From Streptosporangiaceae bacterium (GTDB lineage: Bacteria; Actinomycetota; Actinomycetes; Streptosporangiales; Streptosporangiaceae), in the NCBI GenBank assembly GCA_036488155.1, contig DASXIA010000321.1, positions 16,023 through 80,022 of the forward strand: DNA of 64,000 bases. Direction: 5' to 3'. Below, one piece after another: positions 19,607 to 28,840 of this stretch. Every line of letters starts with the position of its first letter. The first letter of the stretch is position 1. The translations under genes were made by a program, and so were the position numbers. The notes under the pieces are model-generated. The model made no database searches, was not told where the DNA came from, and saw nothing but the letters and a program-made list of their open reading frames with translations.

Positions 19607-19689
19607 CTACCTGATCGTCCCCTCCCGAATCACCCGAACCACATCAGGCTCGGCAAATTTGGCGTAACGCTCGCTCACAGAGAGTAGCC

Positions 19690-19731
19690 GCATGCTAGGC
19701 GTATGCGTATCAAGCAACGGTTCTAGCATGC
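19690..19731. promoter_or_regulatory. Inverted repeat (9-bp perfect arms, 24-nt spacer) in the divergent permease / saccharopine-dehydrogenase promoter region
   Basis: GCATGCTAG-n24-CTAGCATGC read from the sequence (coordinates +/-1). Nearby, GCAACGGTT occurs twice. Candidate operator; the regulator is unknown. Confidence 0.3.
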
Positions 19732-19824
19732 CTCAAACACGAAGGCAACGGTTTCAGTTGTAACGTGTGCAAATCGCGACTGTTACCGTCGCACCACTAC
19801 GGACTACAAAGCTAGGATCACTGC

Positions 19825-21036
19825 ATGCGCATACTGCTAGTCGGGGCCGGCGGAGTCGGCACCGCCTTCGCCCGGATCGCCGCCCGTCGCCCGTTCGCCG
19901 AACTGGTCATCGCCGACTACGACCTGACCAGGGCGCAGCATGCGGCCGCCGCCAAGGACAGCTACACAGCAGTTCAGCTGGACGCCCGGGACGAGGCAGC
20001 CACAGCGGCGCTGCTGGCCGAGTATCGCTGCGACGCGCTGATGAACGCAACCGACCCGCGCTTCGTCATGCCCCTGTTCCGCGCCGCGCTGGCTGCCAGG
20101 GTGCACTACCTGGATATGGCGATGTCGCTGTCACATCCCGATCCGGCAGAACCGTACGCCAAGACCGGCGTGAAGCTCGGCGACGAGCAGTTCGCGCTGT
20201 CGACACAGTGGGAGCAGACGGGCAAGCTGGCCCTCGCCGGGATTGGCGTCGAGCCGGGCCTGTCCGACGTGTTCGCCCGGTACGCAGCCGACCAGCTGTT
20301 CAGCGAGATCGACCAGCTCGGCGTCCGGGACGGCGCCAACCTGACGGTGGCTGGCTACGACTTCGCGCCCACCTTCTCTATCTGGACCACTATCGAGGAA
20401 TGCCTCAACCCGCCGGTGATCTGGGAAGCGGACCGCGGCTGGTTCACCACGGCACCGTTTAGCGAGCCGGAGACCTTTACCTTCCCGGCCGGCATTGGGG
20501 CGGTCGAATGCGTCAATGTGGAGCACGAGGAAGTACTCCTCATGCCCCGCTGGGTCAAGGCGAACCGGGTCACCTTCAAGTACGGCCTCGGCGAGGAGTT
20601 CATCGGCGTTTTGAAGACCCTGCACAAGCTCGGCTTGGATGCCACCACGCCGGTCACCGCCGGCGGCGCCAGCGTCTCGCCACGAGATGTTGTCGCAGCC
20701 TGCCTGCCCGACCCGGCCACCCTCGGGGACAAGATGTCCGGTCTGACCTGTGCTGGCACTTGGGTCACCGGCACCGGAAAGGACGGTGCACCCCGTGAGG
20801 TGTACCTCTACCACGTAGCCGACAATGCGCAGACAATGGCCGAGTACGGCTCGCAAGCGGTGGTGTGGCAGACCGCTGTCAATCCAGTGGTCGCGCTCGA
20901 GCTCATCGATTCCGGCGCCTGGACCGGCACTGGTGTACTCGGCCCCGAAGCACTGCCGCCCCAGCCGTTCCTTGACCTGCTGACGGAGTACGGCTCACCG
21001 TGGGCGTGCGAAGAGCGCACGCCGACGGGCGCCTGA
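19825..21036 (+). CDS. Saccharopine dehydrogenase-family NAD(P)-binding oxidoreductase
   Basis: MRILLVGAGGVGTAFARIAA Rossmann start. Length and the C-terminal region are consistent with the saccharopine / carboxynorspermidine dehydrogenase family. Confidence 0.75.
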   Translation: MRILLVGAGGVGTAFARIAARRPFAELVIADYDLTRAQHAAAAKDSYTAVQLDARDEAATAALLAEYRCDALMNATDPRFVMPLFRAALAARVHYLDMAMSLSHPDPAEPYAKTGVKLGDEQFALSTQWEQTGKLALAGIGVEPGLSDVFARYAADQLFSEIDQLGVRDGANLTVAGYDFAPTFSIWTTIEECLNPPVIWEADRGWFTTAPFSEPETFTFPAGIGAVECVNVEHEEVLLMPRWVKANRVTFKYGLGEEFIGVLKTLHKLGLDATTPVTAGGASVSPRDVVAACLPDPATLGDKMSGLTCAGTWVTGTGKDGAPREVYLYHVADNAQTMAEYGSQAVVWQTAVNPVVALELIDSGAWTGTGVLGPEALPPQPFLDLLTEYGSPWACEERTPTGA

Positions 21037-21093
21037 CCCGGCGGCAGGAACGCGACAACTACACAGCCCTTCATTACCGGAACGGAGTCGACC

Positions 21094-22521
21094 GTGGCTT
21101 ATGACCTCCAGAACTTTGTCGGCGGACAATGGACCGACTTGTCTTTTGACAAGCGCGCCGACTTGATTGACCCGAGCACGGGCGAGGTATTCGCGACCGC
21201 GCCGATCTCCGGCGAGGCCGAAGTGGACGCCGCGGTTGCCTCAGCCGCCGACGCGTTCCCTGGCTGGCGCGATTCAACGCCGGCCGAGCGCAGCCTGGCG
21301 CTGCTACGGATCGCCGACGCCATCGAGACGCGAGCGGACGAGTTCGTCAAAGCCGAGTCGCAGAACACCGGCAAGCCGCTCGGCCTGACCGCCTCGGAGG
21401 AGATCCCGCCGATGGTGGACCAGATCCGGTTCTTCGCCGGCGCTGCCCGGATGCTCGAGGGCCGCTCCGCAGGCGAGTACATGGCGGGGTTCACATCGTT
21501 CATCCGGCGGGAGCCCATCGGGGTCTGCGCAGCGGTGACGCCGTGGAACTACCCGATGATGATGGCGGTGTGGAAGTGGGCGCCCGCGCTGGCGGCCGGC
21601 AACACAATGGTGCTGAAGCCGTCGGACACCACGCCCTATTCCACGCTGCTGATGGCCGAGCTGATGAGCGAGTTCCTGCCAGCCGGCGTGTTCAACGTCA
21701 TCACCGGAGACCGCGACACCGGCCGGGCACTGGTCGCGCACAAGGTGCCGCAGATGGTGTCCATTACCGGATCCGTGCGGGCCGGCATGCAGGTGGCACA
21801 GTCAGCTGCAGCCGACCTGAAGCGGGTGCACCTTGAGCTCGGCGGCAAGGCACCGGTCATCGTCTTCGACGACGCCGACCCGGAGAAGGCGGCCGAGGCC
21901 ATCGCGATCGCCGGCTACTTCAACGCCGGACAGGACTGCACCGCCGCGACCAGGGTGCTAGCCGGCCCGCGCATCCACGACGATTTCACGGCCGCGCTGA
22001 CCGAGCAGGCCAAGGCGCAGGTGACGGCAGGCCCGGACAATGCCGAAGCGACTTACGGCCCGCTGAACAACGCCAGCCAGCTGGAGCGGGTGTCGGGGTT
22101 CATTTCCCGGCTGCCCGACCACGCCCGGGTGCTGACCGGCGGCAGCCGAGTCGGCGAGAAGGGCTACTTCTACGCCGCGAGCGTCGTCGATGGGCTCGAG
22201 CAGAACGACGAGATCATCCAGAACGAGGTATTCGGCCCGGTTATCACCGTGCAGAAGTTCACCGACGAGGCCGAGGCGCTGCGCTGGGCCAACGGCACCG
22301 AATACGGCCTGGCGTCCTCAGTGTGGACGTCCGACCACGGCCGGGCGATGCGGATGGCCCGCGCGCTGGACTTCGGTTGCGTCTGGATCAACACCCACAT
22401 CCCGCTGGTCGCCGAGATGCCGCACGGCGGCTTCAAGCACTCCGGCTACGGCAAGGACCTGTCGATGTACGGGTTCGAGGATTACACCCGGGTCAAGCAC
22501 GTGATGTCCTCGCTCGACTAG
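21094..22521 (+). CDS. NAD-dependent aldehyde dehydrogenase (aminobutyraldehyde dehydrogenase-like)
   Basis: [21 protein letters not shown] (Glu active site) and [14 protein letters not shown] (Cys active site). Confidence 0.9.
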   Translation: MAYDLQNFVGGQWTDLSFDKRADLIDPSTGEVFATAPISGEAEVDAAVASAADAFPGWRDSTPAERSLALLRIADAIETRADEFVKAESQNTGKPLGLTASEEIPPMVDQIRFFAGAARMLEGRSAGEYMAGFTSFIRREPIGVCAAVTPWNYPMMMAVWKWAPALAAGNTMVLKPSDTTPYSTLLMAELMSEFLPAGVFNVITGDRDTGRALVAHKVPQMVSITGSVRAGMQVAQSAAADLKRVHLELGGKAPVIVFDDADPEKAAEAIAIAGYFNAGQDCTAATRVLAGPRIHDDFTAALTEQAKAQVTAGPDNAEATYGPLNNASQLERVSGFISRLPDHARVLTGGSRVGEKGYFYAASVVDGLEQNDEIIQNEVFGPVITVQKFTDEAEALRWANGTEYGLASSVWTSDHGRAMRMARALDFGCVWINTHIPLVAEMPHGGFKHSGYGKDLSMYGFEDYTRVKHVMSSLD

Positions 22522-22616
22522 AGGCGCCTGGGGACCCGAACACTTGGCGGGCTGGCACAGGTCCGCGCCAGTACCGTACTTAGGCCCGTTGCGGGCAGGG
22601 TGCTAACTGGCGCTCG

Positions 22617-22636
22617 CCACGTTTACGCCCGCTGCC
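22617..22636 (-). repeat. Inverted-orientation copy of the dispersed intergenic repeat core GGCAGCGGGCGTAAACGTGG
   Basis: The plus strand reads CCACGTTTACGCCCGCTGCC, which is the reverse complement of the core shared with 46.7-46.8 kb and 53.19 kb. Intergenic between the aldehyde dehydrogenase and SDR genes. Confidence 0.6.
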
Positions 22637-22714
22637 GTGTCCGGGTCCCCAGGCTCTTGCGCTCGCTCGTGGCGCCAGTCGGGAATGTCGGAGGGGTCTG
22701 TTTAACTCACTCGC

Positions 22715-23632
22715 ATGGCAACCAGTTTGAGTGGGAAAGTCGCGCTTGTGGCGGGCGCCACGCGCGGCTGCGGCCGGGCGATCGCGGTGGAACTTGCCCG
22801 GGCCGGCGCTTACGTGTACGCCACCGGCCGCAGCAGCAAAGCTGCTGGCAGATCCGAGATGGACCGCCCGGAAACGATTGAGGGCACTGGTGACCTGATA
22901 ACGGCTGCTGGCAACGGCCTTGCCCTCCGCGTTGACCATCTCGAGCCTGATGAGGTTGCCGCGCTAATCAAGCGGATCGACGGCGAGCAGGGTCGGCTGG
23001 ACATTCTGATCAACGACATCTTCGGCGGCGACGCCTATATGCAGTGGGACAAGAAGCTCTGGGAGCATGACCTATCCGGCGGCTTGCGGATGCTTCGCAT
23101 GGGCATCGACACCCACTTGATCACCGCCGCGCTGGCGCTGCCGCTGATGCTCAGGCACCCGGGTGGGCTCGTCGTCGAGATGACGGACGGCACCTTCGAG
23201 TACAACCGGAAATTCCGGGAGCGTGTCGGCTTCTACTACGACCTGGTCAAGGCAGCTGTTGGGCGGATCACGCTCGGACTCACCGCCGAACTCAAGGACG
23301 AGCAGTGCACCGCGATCGCGGTCACCCCAGGTTGGCTCCGCTCCGAAGCCATGCTCGACGAGTTCGGCGTTACCGAGGAGAACTGGCGCGACGCCGTCGA
23401 GCAGGTGCCGCACTTCTGCATCTCCGAGTCGCCGACGTATGTTGCGCGGGGTCTGGCCGCACTCGCCGCCGACCCGGGGAACGGTCGGTACGCGGGCCAG
23501 TGCCTGTCCTCCGGGCAGCTCGCTCGGATCTACGGCATTACCGACATCGATGGCTCCCGGCCGGATTGCTGGAGCTATGTCACCGAGATCGAGGACACGG
23601 GCCTCACCGCCCGGGAGAACGCCTACCGGTAG
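22715..23632 (+). CDS. SDR-family oxidoreductase
   Basis: GKVALVAGATRGCGRAIAVELARAGAYVYATGR (TGxxxGxG-type NAD(P) motif). 305 aa. Confidence 0.8.
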   Translation: MATSLSGKVALVAGATRGCGRAIAVELARAGAYVYATGRSSKAAGRSEMDRPETIEGTGDLITAAGNGLALRVDHLEPDEVAALIKRIDGEQGRLDILINDIFGGDAYMQWDKKLWEHDLSGGLRMLRMGIDTHLITAALALPLMLRHPGGLVVEMTDGTFEYNRKFRERVGFYYDLVKAAVGRITLGLTAELKDEQCTAIAVTPGWLRSEAMLDEFGVTEENWRDAVEQVPHFCISESPTYVARGLAALAADPGNGRYAGQCLSSGQLARIYGITDIDGSRPDCWSYVTEIEDTGLTARENAYR

Positions 23633-23729
23633 GACCGGCGCGGGCGCTGAGCCTCGAGCGCCGAGACGTTAGCCCGTCAGCTGGGCGGTCTTCCGGACTT
23701 AGGGAGCCAGGGAAGAAGTAGCTGTACTT

Positions 23730-24020
23730 ATGACCATGTCAGTGTCGGAGCAGATGCCGCTCGCGGATGTCAAGAACCGGCTGTCAGAGGTCGTCGACCG
23801 ACTGGAGCGGGAGCACGGCCGCGTGATCATCACCAAGCATGGGCACCCGGCTGCCGTCGTGATGAGTGTCGAAGACCTGGAATCGCTGGAAGAAACGCTT
23901 GACATCATGGACAGCACTGAGTTGCTGGCCGATATCCGGGAGAGCTTGGCTGAAGTCGCCGCGGGCGAGGCCGAAATCCTCACCAAAGACGAGGCACAGA
24001 GGCTTATCTCCGGCCAGTGA
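23730..24020 (+). CDS. Type II antitoxin, Phd/YefM family
   Basis: PLADVKNRLSEVVDRLEREHGRVIITKHGHPAAVVMSVEDLESLEETLDI is a textbook YefM/Phd fold sequence. It overlaps the toxin start by 4 nt. Confidence 0.9.
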   Translation: MTMSVSEQMPLADVKNRLSEVVDRLEREHGRVIITKHGHPAAVVMSVEDLESLEETLDIMDSTELLADIRESLAEVAAGEAEILTKDEAQRLISGQ

Positions 24021-24301
24021 CTAGCCAGGGCGCCTTCACGATCGCCTGGGCCGCCGCTTCCCGCCAGGCGCTTGCCAAGTTGCCAGAGAAAGCCGCGACT
24101 GCGGCGATTGAGTTTGTCTACGGGTCCCTTGCCGAGAACCCCCATCGGATAGGCAAGCCACTCAAACTCACACTGAAAGGGCTCTACAGCGCCAGACGCG
24201 GCGACTACCGCGTGAACTACCGCATTGACGATCATCTCCGCGCGGTCACGGTCATGGCGATTGAACATCGCTCGGATGTCTACCGGCCTCGACGGCTCTG
24301 A
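24017..24301 (+). CDS. Type II toxin, RelE/ParE family
   Basis: 94 aa. ...LPEKAATAAIEFVYGSLAENPHRIGKPLKLTLKGLYSARRGDYRVNYRIDDHLRAVTVMAIEHRSDVYR matches the RelE/ParE pattern. Confidence 0.88.
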   Translation: MTSQGAFTIAWAAASRQALAKLPEKAATAAIEFVYGSLAENPHRIGKPLKLTLKGLYSARRGDYRVNYRIDDHLRAVTVMAIEHRSDVYRPRRL

Positions 24302-24314
24302 CCGCAGGCCGGTG

Positions 24315-25310
24315 TCAGCTCGGAGGCGAGACCTGATGAACCTGATGGGGCGGCGGGCTGGGCACGGCATCGGGGTGGAGGATCGCAGCAAGTGCTTCGA
24401 CTCCGTCGATCAGGCGGGGGCCGGGGCGGACCACGATCCCGTCGGCGTCAATCGCCCACACCGGAACGCCGGGAAAGTGCCGGGCTACTGAACGCGCCTG
24501 CTCGACGGCGCCCGGCAGGTGGTAACCGCACGGCGCGACCACGACGTAATCGGGCTTCGCTGCCGCAATGGCCGGCCATGTCGTAGGGACCGATGCCTCG
24601 CCCGGCCGCGCCGCGACCGGCTGACCGCCCGCGGCACTGACTAGATCCGGGATCCAGTGCCCGGCGGTGTATGGCGGATCCACCCATTCCACGACAGCCA
24701 CCCGTGGCGTGGCCCGCCCGACCACGCTCGCGGCGACCTGGGCAAGCCGGGCCTGCAGTTCGCTGACCAGCCGGATGGCGCGGTCGGGCACACCGGCTCG
24801 TGCTCCGACCGCCTGAATCGAGTCAAGGACATCGCCGAGCGAGTGGGGATCCAGGGACACCACCTCTGCCTGGCAGCCCAGATAGTCCAGCGCGTCCTCG
24901 ACTTGCCCTGACGGCAGCGCGCAGACCCTGCACAGGTCCTGGGTCAAGATCAGGTCGGGTTTCAGCGCCGCCAGCGCTTGCGCGTGCAGTGTATAAAGAT
25001 CCCCGCCTGCCGCCAGTTGCTCGCGCACGTAGCTGTCGATCTCGCCCGCAGTCATCCCGCGGGTATCCCGGCCTCCCACCACGACGGTCTTAGAGCGGGC
25101 CGCGGCGGGCTCGTCGCATTCAAACGTGACACCCACCAACTGCTCGCCGAGGCCAAGCGCGTACACGATCTCAGTCGCCGAGGGAAGCATCGAAACCAGG
25201 CGCACCAGGCAAGGATAGGCGCGTAGCGGATGCGCCGACTTAGCTGCCGGCCCGGCGACTGACTTGCCCGCCGGGGAGCGGGCTCTTCGCAAAGGCCTCT
25301 GCTGCGCCAC
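24315..25310 (-). CDS. BtuF/FhuD-type (cluster A) substrate-binding-fold protein without a signal peptide
   Basis: RLVSMLPSATEIVYALGLGEQLVGVTFECDEP and LKPDLILTQ are typical of cobalamin/siderophore binding proteins. The start is uncertain (GTG 25310, GTG 25205, ATG 25190). None of these starts yields a hydrophobic signal sequence. Confidence 0.7.
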   Translation of the reverse strand: MAQQRPLRRARSPAGKSVAGPAAKSAHPLRAYPCLVRLVSMLPSATEIVYALGLGEQLVGVTFECDEPAAARSKTVVVGGRDTRGMTAGEIDSYVREQLAAGGDLYTLHAQALAALKPDLILTQDLCRVCALPSGQVEDALDYLGCQAEVVSLDPHSLGDVLDSIQAVGARAGVPDRAIRLVSELQARLAQVAASVVGRATPRVAVVEWVDPPYTAGHWIPDLVSAAGGQPVAARPGEASVPTTWPAIAAAKPDYVVVAPCGYHLPGAVEQARSVARHFPGVPVWAIDADGIVVRPGPRLIDGVEALAAILHPDAVPSPPPHQVHQVSPPS

Positions 25311-25452
25311 GGCTCGAGGTCAGAGCGGCCCCAGACCAGCCGGTGCGGTGCTGCTTGGGCTCCGGCCTGCGCGGGCACGCTCTCGGTGAGGCGTCTGGAC
25401 CGGCCGCTGGCACTGGCCACCAGACGATCCCAGTGCGGCAGGGGTCACTGAC

Positions 25453-25803
25453 ATGCGATTCACCGAGTACTCCTTCGGCTCCGTGCGGGTCGACGGCGTG
25501 ACCTACGATCACGACCTGATCATCGACCGGGGGAAGATCCGCAAGCGCAAAAAGCGCCCATCCAGGAAATTCCGTGACGCCTATGGGCACACTCCACTGT
25601 CGACCGGCGAGGACCTTCCCTGGCACTGCCGACGGCTAGTGATCGGCACCGGGGCTGATGGCGCGTTGCCGGTCATGGAGCAGGTCCGGCACGAGGCCGA
25701 CCGGCGCAAGATCGATCTTGTCGTCCTGCCCACAGCTGCTGCGCTCGGCGTGCTGACCGATACCGTCACGGACACTAACGCCGTCCTCCATCTCACCTGC
25801 TGA
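25453..25803 (+). CDS. Mth938-like (DUF498) domain protein
   Basis: 116 aa. FGSVRVDGVTYDHDLIIDRGKIRKRKK...LVIGTGADGALPV... follows the Mth938/NDUFAF3-like pattern. Confidence 0.7.
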   Translation: MRFTEYSFGSVRVDGVTYDHDLIIDRGKIRKRKKRPSRKFRDAYGHTPLSTGEDLPWHCRRLVIGTGADGALPVMEQVRHEADRRKIDLVVLPTAAALGVLTDTVTDTNAVLHLTC

Positions 25804-25846
25804 CCATGCGCCACAGTTGCTTGCCCAGATCGTAGGGAGACGACCG

Positions 25847-26758
25847 ATGTGGTACCAGCGTCTCAATCTCCGGCGCCGTTCTTCGCGGGCAGCTATCGCG
25901 ATCCTGGCTGTGGCCGCCGCAGCGTTCCCGGTCATCTCGGCAGGCAGAGTTGCGGCAAGCCCACCGGCAGCTTCGGGCGCGCCTACCGCATCGGCGCTGG
26001 TGCATCGGCTGAGAACATGCCTGGCACCCGGACAGACGAAGCCGACAGTCGTTCTGGTCCACGGCGCTTGGGCCGACACCTCTAGCTGGAGCGGCGAAGT
26101 CGCCACCTTGCAGGCGGCTGGTTACGACGTGCGAGCGATCGCGAACCCGCTCCAGAACCTCACCACGGACTCGCAATACGTCGCCGGCTACCTCAAGGCC
26201 ATCCACGGCCCGGTGGTGCTCGCCGGGCACTCCTACGGAGGGTCCGTCATCACGAATGCCGCGGCCGGGCTAGCTAATGTCAAGAGGCTGGTCTACGTCG
26301 ATGCGGCCGCACCGGCGGCGGGCCAGGCCACCGGCCAGGTCTCAGGTGCTGGTTCTGTCCTGACCAAGCTGAAGCCAGCCGAGCTGTTCTTCACCACCAC
26401 CAACCCGACCTCTTCCTCAGGCGCGCCCGAGCTGTATCTGAAGGAGAGCATTTTCGTCCGCAATTTCGCCAACGACCTGCCGCAGGCTGAGGCTAAGGTC
26501 CTGTGGGCGACTCAGCGTGGCGCATCCATGGCTGCCTTCACCACGCCGTCGACAGTGGCGGCCTGGAAATCTATCCCGTCGTGGTACTTCATCAGCACCG
26601 GTGATCAGATAATCACGCCTGCCTCGGAGCTGGCGATGGCCCATCGGGCGCACTCGCATATCACCTTGTTCCACGGCGGATCTCACCTGACGCTGATATC
26701 GCACCCGAACGCGGTAACCGCCGTGATCGCATCGGCGATCTGCTCACTGCGCAGATAA
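25847..26758 (+). CDS. Secreted alpha/beta hydrolase
   Basis: Signal peptide AAIAILAVAAAAFPVISAG. VVLVHGAWADTSSW, plus the nucleophile elbow AGHSYGGSV. GGGAGA lies upstream of ATG 25847. Confidence 0.8.
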   Translation: MWYQRLNLRRRSSRAAIAILAVAAAAFPVISAGRVAASPPAASGAPTASALVHRLRTCLAPGQTKPTVVLVHGAWADTSSWSGEVATLQAAGYDVRAIANPLQNLTTDSQYVAGYLKAIHGPVVLAGHSYGGSVITNAAAGLANVKRLVYVDAAAPAAGQATGQVSGAGSVLTKLKPAELFFTTTNPTSSSGAPELYLKESIFVRNFANDLPQAEAKVLWATQRGASMAAFTTPSTVAAWKSIPSWYFISTGDQIITPASELAMAHRAHSHITLFHGGSHLTLISHPNAVTAVIASAICSLRR

Positions 26759-26842
26759 TGCCCCGGCATGAGCACGTAAAGAATGTTTCGCCGGCGATAC
26801 GAATCTCTTCGTGATCATGGCCGGTAGCACTGCCAGACTGCG

Positions 26843-27979
26843 CTAACCGCGGCGGGCCCTGCGTCGGCGCAGGCCGAAGATCACCAGGAGTACCGCGATC
26901 AGCGCCGCGGCGGCCGGAGCTGCGCGCTTGAGCACGGGCAGCCCTGCCACGTCGAGCAGGTCAATCGCGTCGTTATCCGGCGGCTGCCAGCCGCTCGGCT
27001 CTCGCTGGACCGGTACCTGCGCAGCCGGGGGCGTCTCGTGCCTGGCAGGCCGGATCGGTGTCACCTCGGCCAGATCCTCGTCGGCCGCCGCCTCCGCGGC
27101 GGCGTGCCTGCCAGCAGCCGATGCCGCAGCGCCATTCAGGTCGGCCGTCGGCTCGCCCGCCTCGGCGGGCTGTACTGCTTCCTCCGCACTGGCCGCTTCC
27201 GGCGTGACTGGGGCCGTGGTTTCAGAAAGACCTGGGGCCTCTGCCGGACCGGGGGCCTCTGCGGCCGCCAGCGCCAGGCCTCGGTCCGCGAGCTTGGCCT
27301 TGATGTCGGCCAGCGAGGCACGACCGACGCCGTCGATGGCTAGCAACTGCTGGTCAGTCCGCCGGGTCAGGTCCCCGAGGGTCTGGATGCCGTCCTGGCG
27401 CAGACTGCTCCAGGCCCTGCTGCTGAGGTTGAGCACGTCGATTGGCAGCGCCTCGTCCGAAGTGGTGTCACTCAGGGCTACCACGTTCCCGCCCGGAAGT
27501 TCTTCTTCCTCGGAGATACCCGCCTCTGCCGCCGGCTCAGCTGCCAGCATGGCCGCCAGGTTGTTGGCGAATATGCCAATCAGCTTCCCGCCGACCTCGG
27601 TCATGACGCCCCGGCCGAACTGGGCCGGCTTGCCCGTCACGTTCAGCGTCGTGTGCACCGTGACCATGGTGTGATCGCCTTCGGGCGTCAGCTGCGACCG
27701 CACCGAGGCAGACGCGGTGCCCGCGCCACGGGTTTCCTTGCCGGACGCCTCCAAGGTCACCACACCCGCGTCCCGGTCCCGTTCGGTGAACTTCGCGGTT
27801 CCGGCATAGGTCATGCTGATCGGGCCGACTTTGACCTTAATCCGGCCAGCGATGCTGTCACCTTCGACCGAGTCAAGGGTGGCGCCAGGCATGCACGGCG
27901 CCACCCGCTCGACGTCCAGGAGCACGTCCCACGCTCGCTCCGCCGGTACCGGGACCGAGAATGAGTGCTCGAGCTCCAT
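26843..27979 (-). CDS. CoxG (SRPBCC) domain fused to an RNA-polymerase-alpha-CTD-like helix-hairpin-helix domain and a C-terminal transmembrane tail anchor
   Basis: Residues 1-145 (MELEHSFSVPVPAERAWDVLLDVERVAPCMPGA...) are CoxG-like. Residues ~178-237 (IDVLNLSSRAWSSLRQDGIQTLGDLTRRTDQQLLAIDGVGRASLADIKAKLADRGLAL) follow the alpha-CTD pattern. Residues 353-370 (AAPAAAALIAVLLVIFGL) followed by RRRRARRG form a tail anchor. Confidence 0.75.
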   Translation of the reverse strand: MELEHSFSVPVPAERAWDVLLDVERVAPCMPGATLDSVEGDSIAGRIKVKVGPISMTYAGTAKFTERDRDAGVVTLEASGKETRGAGTASASVRSQLTPEGDHTMVTVHTTLNVTGKPAQFGRGVMTEVGGKLIGIFANNLAAMLAAEPAAEAGISEEEELPGGNVVALSDTTSDEALPIDVLNLSSRAWSSLRQDGIQTLGDLTRRTDQQLLAIDGVGRASLADIKAKLADRGLALAAAEAPGPAEAPGLSETTAPVTPEAASAEEAVQPAEAGEPTADLNGAAASAAGRHAAAEAAADEDLAEVTPIRPARHETPPAAQVPVQREPSGWQPPDNDAIDLLDVAGLPVLKRAAPAAAALIAVLLVIFGLRRRRARRG

Positions 27980-27982
27980 ATA

Positions 27983-28840
27983 TCAGACTCCTGCCGCTGC
28001 CTCCAGAGCACGCCCGGTCAGCACCCGCGCGAGATGTCGCCGGTAATCCGGCGCTCCGTGCAGGTCCGCAGGCGGCTGTGTTCCCTCGGCCGCGCCAGAT
28101 GCTGCCTCGCGCAGCGTCTCGGAACTGGCGAGCGCGCCGGCGGCGGCCGTCTCGACGGCGGCCGCCCTGATCGGCACCGAACCCATGTTGGTCAGCCCGA
28201 CCCTTGCCTCGGCCACGTGGCCGTCGGAGCGCCGCACCAGCGCCGCGACGCCGACAATTGCCCACGCCTGCGCGGTCCGGTGGAACTTCTCATAACGATA
28301 TCCCCAGTCGGTGCCGAGCTTTGGCACCCGGATGCCGGTGAGTATCTCGCCGGGCTCAAGTGCCGTGGTCAGGTAGTCGACAAAGAACTCGCCGGCCCGG
28401 ATCTCCCGGCTTCCCGCCGGGCCGACGGCGATCAAGGTCGCGTCCAGCGCCAGGATGACGGCTGGCAGGTCGCCAGCCGGGTCAGCGTGCGCTAGCGAGC
28501 CGCCGATCGTGCCGCGATGCCGGACGGCCGGGTCGGCGACGGTGCCGGTCGCCTCGGCGAGCAGCCCGCAGTACTCGGCGATCAGCGGATCGTGAACGAC
28601 CTGGTAGTGCGTCGTCCGGGCGCCGATCAGCAGATGGTCGCCGCCGTCGGTGACGCCGTTCAGCTCGTCCAGGCCGCCGATATCGACCAGCAGCTCCGGG
28701 TAAGCAAGGCGCAACCGCAGCAGCGGCATCAGGCTCTGCCCGCCAGCGATCACCTTGGCGTCCTCACCGCCGCCGGCAAGAGCGCTCACCGCGTCGCCGA
28801 CAGACGACGGCCGGACGTAGTCGAACTTGGCCGGGATCAT
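27983..28840 (-). CDS. FAD-binding medium subunit of a xanthine dehydrogenase/CODH-family molybdoenzyme (CoxM-like)
   Basis: [21 protein letters not shown]...KVIAGGQSLMPLLRLRL. The start ATG 28840 overlaps the large-subunit stop (ATGA). Confidence 0.9.
   Translation of the reverse strand: MIPAKFDYVRPSSVGDAVSALAGGGEDAKVIAGGQSLMPLLRLRLAYPELLVDIGGLDELNGVTDGGDHLLIGARTTHYQVVHDPLIAEYCGLLAEATGTVADPAVRHRGTIGGSLAHADPAGDLPAVILALDATLIAVGPAGSREIRAGEFFVDYLTTALEPGEILTGIRVPKLGTDWGYRYEKFHRTAQAWAIVGVAALVRRSDGHVAEARVGLTNMGSVPIRAAAVETAAAGALASSETLREAASGAAEGTQPPADLHGAPDYRRHLARVLTGRALEAAAGV

Noticed and set aside
25206-25452. Possible cobalamin riboswitch upstream of the BtuF-like gene
   Set aside because: I read the minus strand and found no B12-box-like element (AGYCMGGAGACCKGCC type) and no conserved GCCACUG/GGGAA core. 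Only generic GC-rich sequence is present.
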